This document shows, piece after piece, positions 1 through 12,082 of a stretch of 36,059 nucleotides of DNA. The DNA is from Octopus bimaculoides (Eukaryota). The stretch covers positions 12,160,517-12,196,575 of the forward strand of contig NC_068996.1 of NCBI RefSeq assembly GCF_001194135.2, in the 5' to 3' direction. Made by a program: the position numbers and the translations under genes. Within the stretch, counting starts at the first letter, position 1. Each line of letters starts with the position of its first letter. A model generated the notes under the pieces. It was not told the DNA's origin, made no database searches, and worked only from the letters and a program-made list of their open reading frames with translations.

Positions 1-426
1 CAGACAAAGTGACAGATTGACAGACAGGGATATAGATAGGTAAGAAATTAAATGAATGACAAGAGGATAAGAAATTATTAGCTTATAGTTGTATGTATGT
101 ATGCATGTATGTATGTATGCATGTATGTATGCATGTATATAATTTTGAGTCATCATGAACCGAAAATGTATAAATATGTATATTTATGTATTCATATACA
201 CACGCTCACACATGCACACACACACATTAATACATACATACATATTACCCACCGTATATATAATACTTTAGTTCCCACGTGTTGTCATCTCATCTCAAAT
301 TTCTGTGCCAATCGAAGTCAATCTGAAAAAGTTCCTTCCTGACAAGTTCCTTTATTATTCATAAAACAAATATTCATGACATGACACTGGGAAGTCTATT
401 TCGTGTGTGTGTATGTATGTCATTAT

Positions 427-528
427 TCAGTTTATTTCAAAATTTTTTGCCAATAGAGAAAGAACCGGTTTCTAACCGAGATCCAAGGCTCTTTCGTTGG
501 AATTTCAACATCAACAACAGGGTATTTT
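427..528 (+). repeat. Unclassified interspersed repeat (second copy at about 18988-19090)
   Basis: caatagagaaagaaccggtttctaaccgagatccaaggctctttcgttggaatttcaacatcaac aligns with catagagaaagagccggactctaacatagattcaaggctccttcattggaacttttatcaacatc. Confidence 0.7.
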
Positions 529-538
529 NNNNNNNNNN

Positions 539-632
539 ACCACAGCACATACCCAAGGCACACAGAGCTGCGCTCGGCAGTGAAGCGATAGCACGTTATA
601 AAAATAAAACTACTGAACAATAATAATAATAA
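539..632 (+). mobile_element. R4/Dong-like non-LTR retrotransposon lineage A, 3' UTR with (AAT)n tail
   Basis: Near-identical to the 3' end of the REL-encoding copy at 24092-24476 (accacagcacatacccaaggcacacagagctgcgctcgg...aaaataaaactactga) and followed by (AAT)n. Confidence 0.85.
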
Positions 633-739
633 TATGATAGTCACTGTAGTGTACATCGTTACATATATATCGATAGAGAGAGAAAGATGGAGAGAGAGAG
701 GAAAGAGAGAGGGAGAACGAGCGAGAGAGAAGGAGTGAG

Positions 740-772
<33 letters not shown>

Positions 773-1703
773 TATAGATATAGCTATATATACATATGTA
801 TATATATATATATGTAAATATGCATACATACATACATACATACATACATAGACACAGACAGACAGACAAAGTGACAGATTGACAGACAGGGATATAGATA
901 GGTAAGAAATTAAATGAATGACAAGAGGATAAGAAATTATTAGCTTATAGTTGTATGTATGTATGCATGTATGTATGTATGCATGTATGTATGCATGTAT
1001 ATAATTTTGAGTCATCATGAACCGAAAATGTATAAATATGTATATTTATGTATTCATATACACACGCTCACACATGCACACACACACATTAATACATACA
1101 TACATATNNNNNNNNNNNNNNNNNNNNNNNNNNNNNNNNNNNNNNNNNNNNNNNNNNNNNNNNNNNNNNNNNNNNNNNNNNNNNNNNNNNNNNNNNNNNN
1201 NNNNNNNNNNNNNNNNNNNNNNNNNNNNNNNNNNNNNNNNNNNNNNNNNNNNNNNNNNNNNNNNNNNNNNNNNNNNNNNNNNNNNNNNNNNNNNNNNNNN
1301 NNNNNNNNNNNNNNNNNNNNNNNNNNNNNNNNNNNNNNNNNNNNNNNNNNNNNNNNNNNNNNNNNNNNNNNNNNNNNNNNNNNNNNNNNNNNNNNNNNNN
1401 NNNNNNNNNNNNNNNNNNNNNNNNNNNNNNNNNNNNNNNNNNNNNNNNNNNNNNNNNNNNNNNNNNNNNNNNNNNNNNNNNNNNNNNNNNNNNNNNNNNN
1501 NNNNNNNNNNNNNNNNNNNNNNNNNNNNNNNNNNNNNNNNNNNNNNNNNNNNNNNNNNNNNNNNNNNNNNNNNNNNNNNNNNNNNNNNNNNNNNNNNNNN
1601 NNNNNNNNNNNNNNNNNNNNNNNNNNNNNNNNNNNNNNNNNNNNNNNNNNNNNNNNNNNNNNNNNNNNNNNNNNNNNNNNNNNNNNNNNNNNNNNNNNNN
1701 NNN

Positions 1704-1940
1704 GTATGTATGTATGTAGGAATCTATGTATGTATGTATGTGTGTATGTATGTATGTATGTATGTATGCATGTGTGTATGTATGTATGTATGTTTGTATG
1801 TATGTTTGTATGTATGTATGTTTGTATGTATGTATGTATTTATGTATGTATGTATGTATGTTTGTATGTATGTATATATGTATGTATGTATGTATGTATG
1901 TAAGTATGTATGTATGTATATATGTATGTTTGTATGTATG

Positions 1941-1974
<34 letters not shown>

Positions 1975-1983
1975 TGTATGTAT
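1704..1983. repeat. (TATG)n/(TACA)n microsatellite
   Basis: Directly visible imperfect tetranucleotide array running into a gap. Confidence 0.97.
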
Positions 1984-2264
1984 AAGTGCAGATTTGTATG
2001 TTTTGTGCACTCTAATGCATATAGTTGCGTATTTAGACATGCTGATGTATATTTAAATGATAAAATTATGTTATACAGTTCCATTGATGGATAGAGTATC
2101 TGCAGTCTTCGAATTAGCTTTATCCTTTCTGGTTTTGAGAAACCTAATATCTCAAGATTGGTATTTAGGCAGTCTGTTACATATCTCAAGGCCCCAATAA
2201 TTACAGCTATAAACCTGAACTTGTAATTTGGATAGAGTAACTGCAGATTTCTCAATAGTTTAGC
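1984..2264 (-). mobile_element. R4/Dong-like lineage B, 5'-truncated 3' end
   Basis: The minus strand encodes AKLLRNLQLLYPNYKFRFIAVIIGALRYVTDCLNTNLEILGFSKPERIKLIRRLQ (REL C-terminal PIIIGALG-type motif). It is homologous to 18333-18957, including the 3' UTR. Confidence 0.8.
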
Positions 2265-3194
2265 ATGTATGTATGTGTGTATGTATGTATGTATGTATGT
2301 ATGTATGTATATATGCATGTATGTATGTATGAATAAATCTATTTATGTATGTATATATGCATATATGCATGTATGAATAAATATCGATGTTACTTCATTA
2401 TTATTATTATTATTACTAATATTATTATTATTATTATTATTATCAATAATGTTATTACTACGTACATATATACATACGTACGTATGTATATATGTATATA
2501 TATATATATATATATNNNNNNNNNNNNNNNNNNNNNNNNNNNNNNNNNNNNNNNNNNNNNNNNNNNNNNNNNNNNNNNNNNNNNNNNNNNNNNNNNNNNN
2601 NNNNNNNNNNNNNNNNNNNNNNNNNNNNNNNNNNNNNNNNNNNNNNNNNNNNNNNNNNNNNNNNNNNNNNNNNNNNNNNNNNNNNNNNNNNNNNNNNNNN
2701 NNNNNNNNNNNNNNNNNNNNNNNNNNNNNNNNNNNNNNNNNNNNNNNNNNNNNNNNNNNNNNNNNNNNNNNNNNNNNNNNNNNNNNNNNNNNNNNNNNNN
2801 NNNNNNNNNNNNNNNNNNNNNNNNNNNNNNNNNNNNNNNNNNNNNNNNNNNNNNNNNNNNNNNNNNNNNNNNNNNNNNNNNNNNNNNNNNNNNNNNNNNN
2901 NNNNNNNNNNNNNNNNNNNNNNNNNNNNNNNNNNNNNNNNNNNNNNNNNNNNNNNNNNNNNNNNNNNNNNNNNNNNNNNNNNNNNNNNNNNNNNNNNNNN
3001 NNNNNNNNNNNNNNNNNNNNNNNNNNNNNNNNNNNNNNNNNNNNNNNNNNNNNNNNNNNNNNNNNNNNNNNNNNNNNNNNNNNNNNNNNNNNNNNNNNNN
3101 NNNNNNNNNNNNNNNNNNNNNNNNNTATATATATATATATATATATGATATACATATATATACATCTATAAAAATTAGAAATTTTTAAAAAATG

Positions 3195-3370
3195 CCGAGA
3201 TCATGAGAGCCAATTTCCCAGTTTCAATGGCGTATATATCTCCCACCTGGACGGGACGCCGGTCCGTCGCAAGATTATTCATTTTTACCAGCTGAGTGGA
3301 CTGGAGCAACCTGAAATGAAGTGATTTGCTCAAGAACACAACGCGTTGCCTGGACCAGGGATCGAAATCT
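3195..3370 (-). mobile_element. tRNA-type SINE family D, partial
   Basis: The reverse complement matches 21889-22130 (cactcagctgg...cgacggac/ttggcgtcc.gtccaggtgg). Confidence 0.75.
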
Positions 3371-3934
3371 CATGAATCCATATATATATATATACATGTA
3401 TAAACATATACATTTACGTATGTATACTTATACATGTATATCAATATAAATGTTTTTAAATGTGAATGTATCCGATGTGTACGCACGTCTACGTGTCTAT
3501 ATTTCGATATGCGTGTACATATACATGCATGAGCGCGTGTATGTGTATGTGAGTATGCGTGTATGTGTGAGTCTAACTTTGTTGCAGTGCAATATGCTTT
3601 TATCAGAATCTTCTGATGAGAATAATACGACTTAGCCTCACGGATTGGTAATGATTCGTAATATTTCATACACTCATGAAATAATGGGTTTTATTACTTA
3701 ATATACAGAATTATGGCATAAGTTTTGGTTCCCCGAAACAGCTGTTAAGATAAGTTTACTACATTATTCCTTTTGCATATTTATATATTTGCATATTTGT
3801 ATTCTATGTAAACATACTCATTTGGTCTAATTCTGTATATTTGCCTGTTTACTTTTCTATCCCACGCTCTCTCTTCCTATCTCTCTCTCTCTCTCTCTCC
3901 GTCTGAGTAAGCATGTAAATATAGATAGATAAAG

Positions 3935-4140
3935 AAGTAGGGAAGGTGATGGCCCCAGTTTTTGGGGATGCAAAAGGCATTGTGCGTATTGACTATTTGC
4001 AAAATGGCTACACCATCAATAGAGAGTACTATGCAAAATTGCTGAGGCAGTTCCGAAAAGCTATCAATACCAATCGCTCAGAAAAACTAGCAAAAGAGGG
4101 ATTGTTTCATCAGGGCAATGCTCTTGCGCACAATTCCTCA
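3935..4140 (+). mobile_element. mariner transposase fragment (inverted partial duplicate)
   Basis: GKVMAPVFGDAKGIVRIDYLQNGYTINREYYAKLLRQFRKAI...LFHQGNA matches the mariner motif KVMASVFWDAKG...FHQDNA. Confidence 0.9.
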
Positions 4141-4765
4141 TAGACCCCCTAACAGTCCAGACACCGAACGGTCCACACACCTAACAGTCCACACACTTGT
4201 TCTATCGATATTGCACTGCTTGGATCCCATTGCTGAAGAAGCTTTCATCTTCTTGGTCAAAAAAGTCATCATCAAGAGCAGATATGACGTCATCATAACT
4301 GCAATACTAGTTCTCAGCCGAGTGTTTTTTCATGTTAGGGAATAGACAATAGTCAGACGGGGCCAAATCAGGAGAATCTGGAGGGTGATCAACCAGATCA
4401 AGGCTACAATCACGCACAATAGTAATTTAAGCCAAGGAACTGTGCACTAGAGCATTGCCCTGATGAAACAATCCCTCTTTTGCTAGTTTTCCTGAGCGAT
4501 TGGTCTTGATAGCTTTTCGGAACTGCCTCAGCAATTTTGCATAGTACTTTCTGTTGATGGTGTGGTCATTTTGCAAATAGCCAATACATGCAATGCCTTT
4601 TGCATCTAAAAAAACTGTAAACAGTAGAAGTGAGCTAGAACGCTGAAACTTAGTCCGCAATGCACAACAGAGTTCAAGGTCAATTTCTGTCAAACAGTTG
4701 CACTTTACATGCTTTAGCTTCGTTACTATGGCAACAGTCCACTTATTTATTGATCAAACCATGTG
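4141..4765 (-). mobile_element. Internally deleted D,D34D mariner element
   Basis: The minus strand reads DAKGIACIGYLQND...HQGNALVHSSLA*ITIVRDCSLDLVDHPPDSPDLAPSDYCLFPNMKK, with 34 residues between the catalytic positions (the second D is mutated to G). About 140 bp of non-coding 5' end is joined directly to the mid-CDS and abuts a (TA)n run. Confidence 0.88.
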
Positions 4766-5654
4766 TATATATATATATATATATATATNNNNNNNNNNNN
4801 NNNNNNNNNNNNNNNNNNNNNNNNNNNNNNNNNNNNNNNNNNNNNNNNNNNNNNNNNNNNNNNNNNNNNNNNNNNNNNNNNNNNNNNNNNNNNNNNNNNN
4901 NNNNNNNNNNNNNNNNNNNNNNNNNNNNNNNNNNNNNNNNNNNNNNNNNNNNNNNNNNNNNNNNNNNNNNNNNNNNNNNNNNNNNNNNNNNNNNNNNNNN
5001 NNNNNNNNNNNNNNNNNNNNNNNNNNNNNNNNNNNNNNNNNNNNNNNNNNNNNNNNNNNNNNNNNNNNNNNNNNNNNNNNNNNNNNNNNNNNNNNNNNNN
5101 NNNNNNNNNNNNNNNNNNNNNNNNNNNNNNNNNNNNNNNNNNNNNNNNNNNNNNNNNNNNNNNNNNNNNNNNNNNNNNNNNNNNNNNNNNNNNNNNNNNN
5201 NNNNNNNNNNNNNNNNNNNNNNNNNNNNNNNNNNNNNNNNNNNNNNNNNNNTATATATATATATATATATATAATGTATATATATGTATGTTTATATAAT
5301 GTATATATATGTATGTTTATATATATATGTATGTTTATATATATGTGTGTGTGTGTGTGTATGTGTGAGGGTGTGTGTATGCGTATACACATACATATCA
5401 CACACACGCGTATGTAACAAGTGTGTTTGTGTGCGTGTGTTACACGCATAGACACACAAGCACACACCTTAAACATACACATGAATTGTGTGTGTGCATT
5501 GTACGATGACCATTATTTATCTCATTTAATATCTTGGCGGTATTGTAGCAAAGGATGAATGAGTAGGTAATAAAATGTATAAAACAAAAAAAAAATCCAT
5601 ATTAATTGAAATAATAATAATAATAATAATAATAAAAGCAACTATTATTACTTG

Positions 5655-5659
5655 TAGTG

Positions 5660-5730
<71 letters not shown>

Positions 5731-5756
5731 GGTAGTAGTAGTAGTGGTAGTAGTAA

Positions 5757-5820
<64 letters not shown>
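5655..5820. repeat. (AGT)n trinucleotide microsatellite with GGT interruptions
   Basis: Directly visible. It generates spurious poly-S, poly-L and poly-T ORFs. Confidence 0.97.
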
Positions 5821-5821
<1 letters not shown>

Positions 5822-6149
5822 CACTGAGTAACCCCCAGTGATTCATTCGATTTTATTGTTATAATTACTTCCACAATTTTGGGGGAAATTGTGTGGGATC
5901 ATGATTTAGTCACGCATTAAAAGCAACAGACCAAAAAGAGAGAAAAGAATAATAAAAACTACTATTGTCATACAAACACAATTAAGTGCGGTTGATACAG
6001 TTGTTGTTGTTGGTGGTGGTGGTGGTCTTGTGTTGTTGTTGTTGTTGTTGTGGTTTGCCTCATGTTCTGTCTTCAACTGTGTTCCATTCGTGACCATTCC
6101 ATTATTTGTAAAGTTGCATTTCTTTACGAGTAGATTTACCAGATGTATA

Positions 6150-6295
6150 GCTCATGTCCGTTGAGAGAACATATAACCGAAGACTTTTCAACCATGACCA
6201 TCCTGTTTTTCTAAAGTGTTCTTGATTATATTATTTAATGCATCCATTCCTTATTTAAGACAAATGCCGGCTCTTTTGAAGGAGATATTAATTCT
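6150..6295 (-). repeat. Degraded interspersed repeat tail (related sequence near 9960-10150 and 35860-35960)
   Basis: Motif caggatggtcatggttgaaaagtcttcggttata on the minus strand resembles the other tail copies. Alignment was by eye and the copies are divergent. Confidence 0.4.
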
Positions 6296-7123
6296 AACAA
6301 GGAGTTACCACATAGTGTTACCACAAAGAGTTACTACATAATTCTAACAAGGGTTACCACATAGTGACACTCTTAATCAGCTCTTACAGTTGTTCTTCTT
6401 GTCGGTGCAGATGGCTTCTTAAAATGCGAAGAGGGTGGTGTTTTATTAATTCCTTATATATTTCGTGTGAATCACTCTTGAGATTTCTGGTTTGTAATTA
6501 TTCTTTGCTGCTTTTCCTCTCTAAATGGGAAATCTAAAATGAATAAATAAATCGTTGATTCTCACTTTGCACTCTAAACTTTTTGCATGAGTCTTCATTG
6601 TATTTCTTCATATTTACATTCATACACATACATATAAGAGCGTGTGTGTGTGTGTCCTCTACAATTATTTTGTAAATTCTTAAATATATCTCCTTCTGTG
6701 TATATATAAACTACCAAACAAACATGATTTTTATTGAACTCAAAATACTTTTTGGAGTCCCGTTCTGATTACTTTCTTAAATACTTTCTTGTAAACTGTT
6801 TTTAATATTTTCTTATAATTAACAAAGAATGTATATCAGTATTTTAATACTTTTGTGATAACCAGTACATAACACAACAAAGCTCATACAAAGCTTTACA
6901 TTTTACTTTTGACAACCTTTTTCTAAGAAAATGAAACCGGTCAAGTGAATAAACATCTTNNNNNNNNNNNNNNNNNNNNNNNNNNNNNNNNNNNNNNNNN
7001 NNNNNNNNNNNNNNNNNNNNNNNNNNNNNNNNNNNNNNNNNNNNNNNNNNNNNNNNNNNNNNNNNNNNNNNNNNNNNNNNNNNNNNNNNNNNNNNNNNNN
7101 NNNNNNNNNNNNNNNNNNNNNNN

Positions 7124-7685
7124 ACAAAGAAAACAAGGACAGGTCATTCGGAGTTTTCTTTCCTCAGTCGAGTTCCAGATTATCATTGCAATTTCGGCTG
7201 CTTATACTCGAGATTGCTCCAATCTGGCCAGCCCCAAGGAAAAACTAAGCTAAGAGCATCAGATTCCTTGGAAGAAAGCAGCGAATGTATACGAAAACAA
7301 GGACGGGAAAAAAAACGGAGAAATGTTACATAAATACAAATGCAAATAACAGGACATTAACAACAGGTGTCTTTCGACTAAGGACGAATGAAATTAAGCT
7401 AATGTATGTGGAAGTAAGGCCTTACGGCAGGGACATAAGATTTGACAGTCAGACGGAGGAATATAGATGTTGCACGGATTGTAGTCGAACCAACATTTCT
7501 TCATTTTTGTCCGTCCTTGTTTTCGTATACATTCGCTGCTGTCTTCCAAGGAATCTAATGCTCTTAGCTTAGTTTTTCCTTGGGGCTGGCCAGATTGGAG
7601 CAATCTCCAGTATAACCAGCCGATATTGCAAAGATAACCTGGAACTCGACTGAGGATAGAAAACTTCCGTCCTTGTTTTCTTTGT
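7124..7685. mobile_element. Fold-back element with about 200-bp inverted arms, possibly a Penelope-like inverted pLTR pair
   Basis: 7124-7329 is the near-perfect reverse complement of 7492-7685 (one indel of about 9 bp plus scattered substitutions) around a spacer of about 160 bp. The family assignment is inference. Confidence 0.7.
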
Positions 7686-7789
7686 ATCGTCTATCTGGAT
7701 GTTTTGTTGTTCCTTTTTTGTATCACCTAACTGTCTGGATGTTTTGCGTTCTTGTCCCATTTTTGTATTTTTTAGATATAAAAATATAG

Positions 7790-8835
7790 CGGCGTACTTT
7801 TTCATCTTTATTTTCATCAGTTCGACTGGTGAGTTTCTTATGACCAGTTTCATACACAAATTATCACAATTACTACTTTTATAGATTTCATGCTCCAAAT
7901 CCTCGTATTCTCAAATTCTAAGAGGTTGTATTTTTTGATTTCTCATCCTCTTTCTTCACAATCCTGGAATCAAATGGACATGATGGATCAATCAGTAAGC
8001 AAATCGCATTTCCTTTCCTTTCTGCAACCATAACTATGTCTTACTATTACTATTATCTGAATCTACCTTTGGGAATCTACCATGCAAAGCCTTCTCCTGC
8101 CAGTCAGATGATTTCTGTTCTTTCTTCTGGTTTGTAACTTCGTTTGGGTTTTTGGTTTCCCTATGTCTTACTGTGACTTTAGCAGCTTTTAATAAACTTT
8201 CTTCACTATTACCTACATAGGAGTCTATATCTACTCTAGCTAACTCCACTGACTTCTACTGATATTAATCCTATTTCGCCTTCCTTTCTAGGTAAGTATA
8301 ATCTTGCTGTCCTGGCCAATTCATATTGAATTCTTTCCTACTTCTTCTGTCTACCTTTGCTAATTCAGTTTTTGTCTAATCTACAAAAGCTTCTAAGTAA
8401 TGATACTGCCCAAGTATTTACAGTCTTCACTAGATTCGGACAATTTAGCTTTGACTTAATTAGCTTCTTCACCCTTCTAATGCACTCCTTCTCAACTTTC
8501 GCGTATATTTCTATAGTTAGTTCTCTGTCAGACTCTAATACTCCTAAACTCTCTCCTCTTTTCAATGATTTTAATGTCTGGATACCTTCGCTGTCGGCTG
8601 CCTGTCCCCTTCTCATGACTAATATTGCACACTTATCTATGCCAAATTCTATGCCTGTATCTTTGCTGAAGAGTCTTACAGTCACTATTTTTGCAAAAAA
8701 GCTTCAAATCATCCATGTAGAGCAAATGATTAACTTTTCCATTACTGCTTCTGAACTTATACCCTACCTTTGCCTTCCTTAATACTAAACTGAGAGGGAT
8801 CAAATATAAGACAAATATTAAAGGGGACAACGAGC
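7790..8835 (-). mobile_element. R4/Dong-like lineage C, 5'-truncated and internally deleted RT-REL fragment
   Basis: SPLIFVLYLIPLSLVLRK...VNHLLYMDDLKLF (RT YMDD motif), then GIEFGIDKCAILVMRRG, then WQEKALHG, then DIVMVAERKGNAICLLIDPSCPFDSRIVKKEDEK (REL domain). The CCHC region is missing and there are frameshifts. Confidence 0.9.
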
Positions 8836-8869
8836 CACCGTGAAAATTGTATTAATATTATTGAGTGAG

Positions 8870-9420
8870 AAAGCAGTGCATGCCATCAAAGTGACACTGG
8901 GTAAACTATACGAAGCCCAGTATACGCATCATGACTACCCGTCTGATAAGGGTATACCAGACACATGCATCACAACCATATGTTCGCGACATGGTGATCT
9001 CATATCAAGATAAACAGAGCATGACCTTGCAAGTGGGGCCCAGTTAGAATTTTCTTCAGGTTGAGTAGCCCATCCTGCTCAAAAGGTATTAGAATGAGGA
9101 TTGTTTAAGGATGATGAACAGAACACCCATGTTTCCTGGGGTGAATTATTCAAACCCCAAAGAATTCCTCTCAACACATGACTATGATGCTCTCCCCACT
9201 ACTTCTGCTCATGATCAGGGATGCACATATCGTCAGCCTCTAAGGGACATGCTCAACTGGTTAAGGTCAAACAACTGACAAGCAAATCTGTGGTATTAAG
9301 CAGAATATTTGCTGTAGCCCAAGAGAAAGCAATGTACATGACAACACTTCAAATCAGTTAAGACGAGAAGCCATGACAGCCAGAGTCTGGTACTGCATCA
9401 GGGCATTTATTATTATTATT
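8870..9420 (+). mobile_element. Non-coding retroposon-like repeat ending in (ATT)n
   Basis: A GC-richer block of about 550 bp with no ORF, ending ...ggtactgcatcagggcatttattattattatt. It resembles a high-copy Octopus repeat as I recall it; class unverified. Confidence 0.5.
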
Positions 9421-9443
9421 TTTATTATTATTATTTTTTTAAA

Positions 9444-9545
9444 TTCAAAATCCGCCGTGGTCGGCTTTACCTTTCATCATTTCGGGGTCGATAAATTAAG
9501 TACCAGTTACAGGCTTTGTGCCATTAATAGAAAGAATTATTATTA
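9444..9545 (+). mobile_element. SINE family A fragment (short tail variant)
   Basis: ttcaaaatccgccgtggtcggctttacctttcatcatttcggggtcgataaattaagtaccagtt matches the core of 11853-12082. Confidence 0.8.
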
Positions 9546-9589
9546 ATAATACTATTATGGTTGTTGTTGTTATTCCTCTTCTCGTTATT

Positions 9590-10600
9590 CCAAAACCAAT
9601 ACCACTACTAATGCAACTACCAGCACCAACTACAGCTAGAAACACCACCAGCCAATGTAGAATTCACTCTATGAGCTAAATATGCTAGTCTTAGCAATTA
9701 AATGTGCTAGAAATGGCAGTAAAACCTCCCTCGAATCATTTTCTCTATATTGGATAAAAAGAAGAGGAAGAATGGTTTTGTCTGGATCCTCGTTTTGGTC
9801 ATACTATTGCTTCTTTATCGGAACTGACCAGAACCTCTGTTATACTATCAAATGCACTAACGCCACCGCCGTCACTAATTTAATAACAGTACCAACAATA
9901 ACAACAGCATAAAAACTAACACTGCTTTCATGGCCACAACCACCAGAACCATCTCCAAGAAAAACAAAGGCCTTTTCGAACCAATGAGGGAGCCTTTACG
10001 TAGTGGATCGATCAGCGAGAAACAGCAACCAAATAGCCCACTTTAGAGAAGGAGACGTGTAATCAATGTAGTCCTAGGCCCCAAACACACAGGCATAGGA
10101 AGGGCTACAAGGTCGTTAACCCCAGTCAGAACACAGGAAGCTGTCATAGGGTTAAACAGCAGTAACAACAGCCATTATTACCAGCACGTAATAATACTAA
10201 CATTAGCGATGAGAACAACCACAACGATCGGAAAGTGACACCATCACCACTCAGAACCAGCAACAACCACCAACAACTCCACCACTAACAACACAAACTG
10301 CCTCCAACAACTAGTGCTTCTATCACCACTAGCAACAACAGCTAGTGAAACCATTACCAACAATGACAGCCATCAGTACCACCACAGTCACCACCGACTA
10401 TAGTTGTGATAGGTGTCACAAGAAAAACAAAGACTTTTCCGAGCAAAAAAAAAAACACACAACCAAATCTCACCGCCAACCACTAGCACCACCACTACTT
10501 TCCACAAACGGGAAGCAGCACCACCAACAACTACCACCTCACCATTAACAACCCCTTCAGCCCTCACCACCATCCACCATAACCAACAAACAATATTTAG
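9590..10600. repeat. Degenerate (ACC/AAC/ACT)n low-complexity region with embedded repeat fragments
   Basis: Thr/Pro/Asn-like trinucleotide runs in shifting frames, interrupted by stops. Confidence 0.7.
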
Positions 10601-10932
10601 TGAGATTTCGAAAAACGAACTGTAATAAAGTAACGATACATTAGCTGGAGCTTGTGTATATAATAATATATAAACCAGTGGAGCGTGCAGAAAGAATTTT
10701 GTTTATGGTTGTATTTAGACGTAATTTCCTTTTCCTTTTCAAGACACGCAATTAAAACAGTCAGATAATTATATATATATGAATATATGAATGTATGAGT
10801 ATAATTTGTGTGTATGTAAAGGCTTGTCAGTATGTGTTTGTGTTATGTTTATATCAGTGTATCATTTAGTATGTGTGAGTATGGTAGTGCGAACATGCTA
10901 CCTTAAAAATATGTGTGTTTGTGTATGTGTGT

Positions 10933-10980
<48 letters not shown>

Positions 10981-11179
10981 GTGTGTGTGTGTACTCAATC
11001 ATTACGTAAGTTTATATAATTATTTATTACATTAAATTAAAATGGTTCTTGAACGATAGTTATGTTTTATCACTGCGAGCTTGTCAAACGAATATAGAAT
11101 TGGAATAGTTGATAGGGTTTATATTTAAATTCGGGATGGGCTCCACACCGTCTCTTCTTTTTTTTCTTTATCCTTCTGT

Positions 11180-11820
11180 CTCTTGTTATCATCTTCTTTT
11201 GCCTTCTTATTGTTCTTTTCTTTCTTTCTATCTTATTCTAGTTCTTTCCATTATTCACATTACTTTCAAGAATCTTATACATGTTACTTCTAAGGCTGCT
11301 GACTACCTGCTGTTGGTGACGAAACTACTTGTTTTCTTTTTGGTGATGTAGTACCCTATCAAAATTTTTCTTGGCATTCTATAATCTCTGGAAATGTAAA
11401 TATTTTTCTCTGTTTACTTAATTAGCTAAAATAATTACACTCATAAAGTCTTGATTATATTTAGCTTCCTTTTACTATAAGTAATACTATCTAATTCATC
11501 ATTAACTGTATTTTAATTTTATATATTTCCTTTCACTTTACTTACATGTATACTTTATTATATTTATTGAATTTCACTTTTCTAACCGAGTAGAATCTCT
11601 ATATATCCTTTCTCTATTTTATTGACTCCTTTTTAATTGCTTAGTTTCATTTACATTCTTATTACTCTCTAAACCTACTTCTCAATCTCTGTATAGCTTT
11701 GTTCTTATCCTTATTTCTATATACCCTTACGTTCGCAACTTCTTATATTTTCCTCTTGTTGAACAGAATTCCATCAATCTTATATTTAAATAATCAACCG
11801 CTTCGATTCTTCAAGTCATT
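11180..11820 (-). mobile_element. Highly degraded LINE (RTE-like) ORF2 3' relic
   Basis: The minus strand gives DYRMPRKILIG, resembling the RTE-type D.R.P..IL.G motif, within A-rich stop-riddled sequence. Confidence 0.3.
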
Positions 11821-11852
11821 TAAAAAGCTCGTGATAAGCGGAAACTAATACC

Positions 11853-12082
11853 GGTGAGCTGGCAGAAACGTTACCCCGTCGGGCGAAATGCTTAGCAGTA
11901 TTTCGTCTGCCATTACGTTCTGAGTTCAAATTCCGCCGAGGTCGACTTTGCCTTTCATCCTTTCGTGGTATATAAATTAAGTACCAGTTACGCACTGGTG
12001 TCGATGTAATTGACTTAATCCCTTTGTCTGTCCTTGTTTGTCCCCTCTATGTTTAGCCCCTTGTGGGCAATAAAGAAATAAG
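11853..12082 (+). mobile_element. SINE family A, full length, with a perfect 13-14 bp TSD
   Basis: Pol III-like head (ggtgagctggcagaa...gagttcaaattcc B-box). ggaaactaataccg is present at 11840-11853 and 12082-12095. Confidence 0.9.

Larger units (their letters stand above)
1..1107 (+). repeat. Exact direct duplication: 1-245 equals 863-1107
   Basis: Base-for-base identity at offset 862, including imperfect microsatellites. The second copy ends exactly at the N-gap starting at 1108. Confidence 0.92.

Noticed and set aside
3605-3680. CTGATGAG followed by a stem and GTAA: hammerhead-like
   Set aside because: The GAAA core is mutated and no stem I pairing is possible.
959-5482. Long ORFs (200-400 aa) such as 959-1903, 1089-2318 and 2349-3188, and similar ones at 26.3-27.7, 29.3-30.3 and 32.9-34.2 kb
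   Set aside because: They are open only because they run through N-gaps and stop-free microsatellites (MYVC, YIHT and poly-X translations).
5526-5874. Poly-Leu, poly-Ser and poly-Thr ORFs
   Set aside because: Translations of one (AGT)n array in different frames, with no flanking coding signal.
6472-6533. Possible minus-strand terminal exon (ttatttattcattttag|AT TTC CCA... DFPFREEKQQRIITNQKSQE*)
   Set aside because: The acceptor is good, but there are only 19 codons, no recognisable homology and no supporting upstream exon. Expected by chance in AT-rich DNA.
10160-10625. Mucin-like Thr/Pro-rich coding exon
   Set aside because: Frames are broken by stops and shifts. Better explained as decayed trinucleotide repeats.
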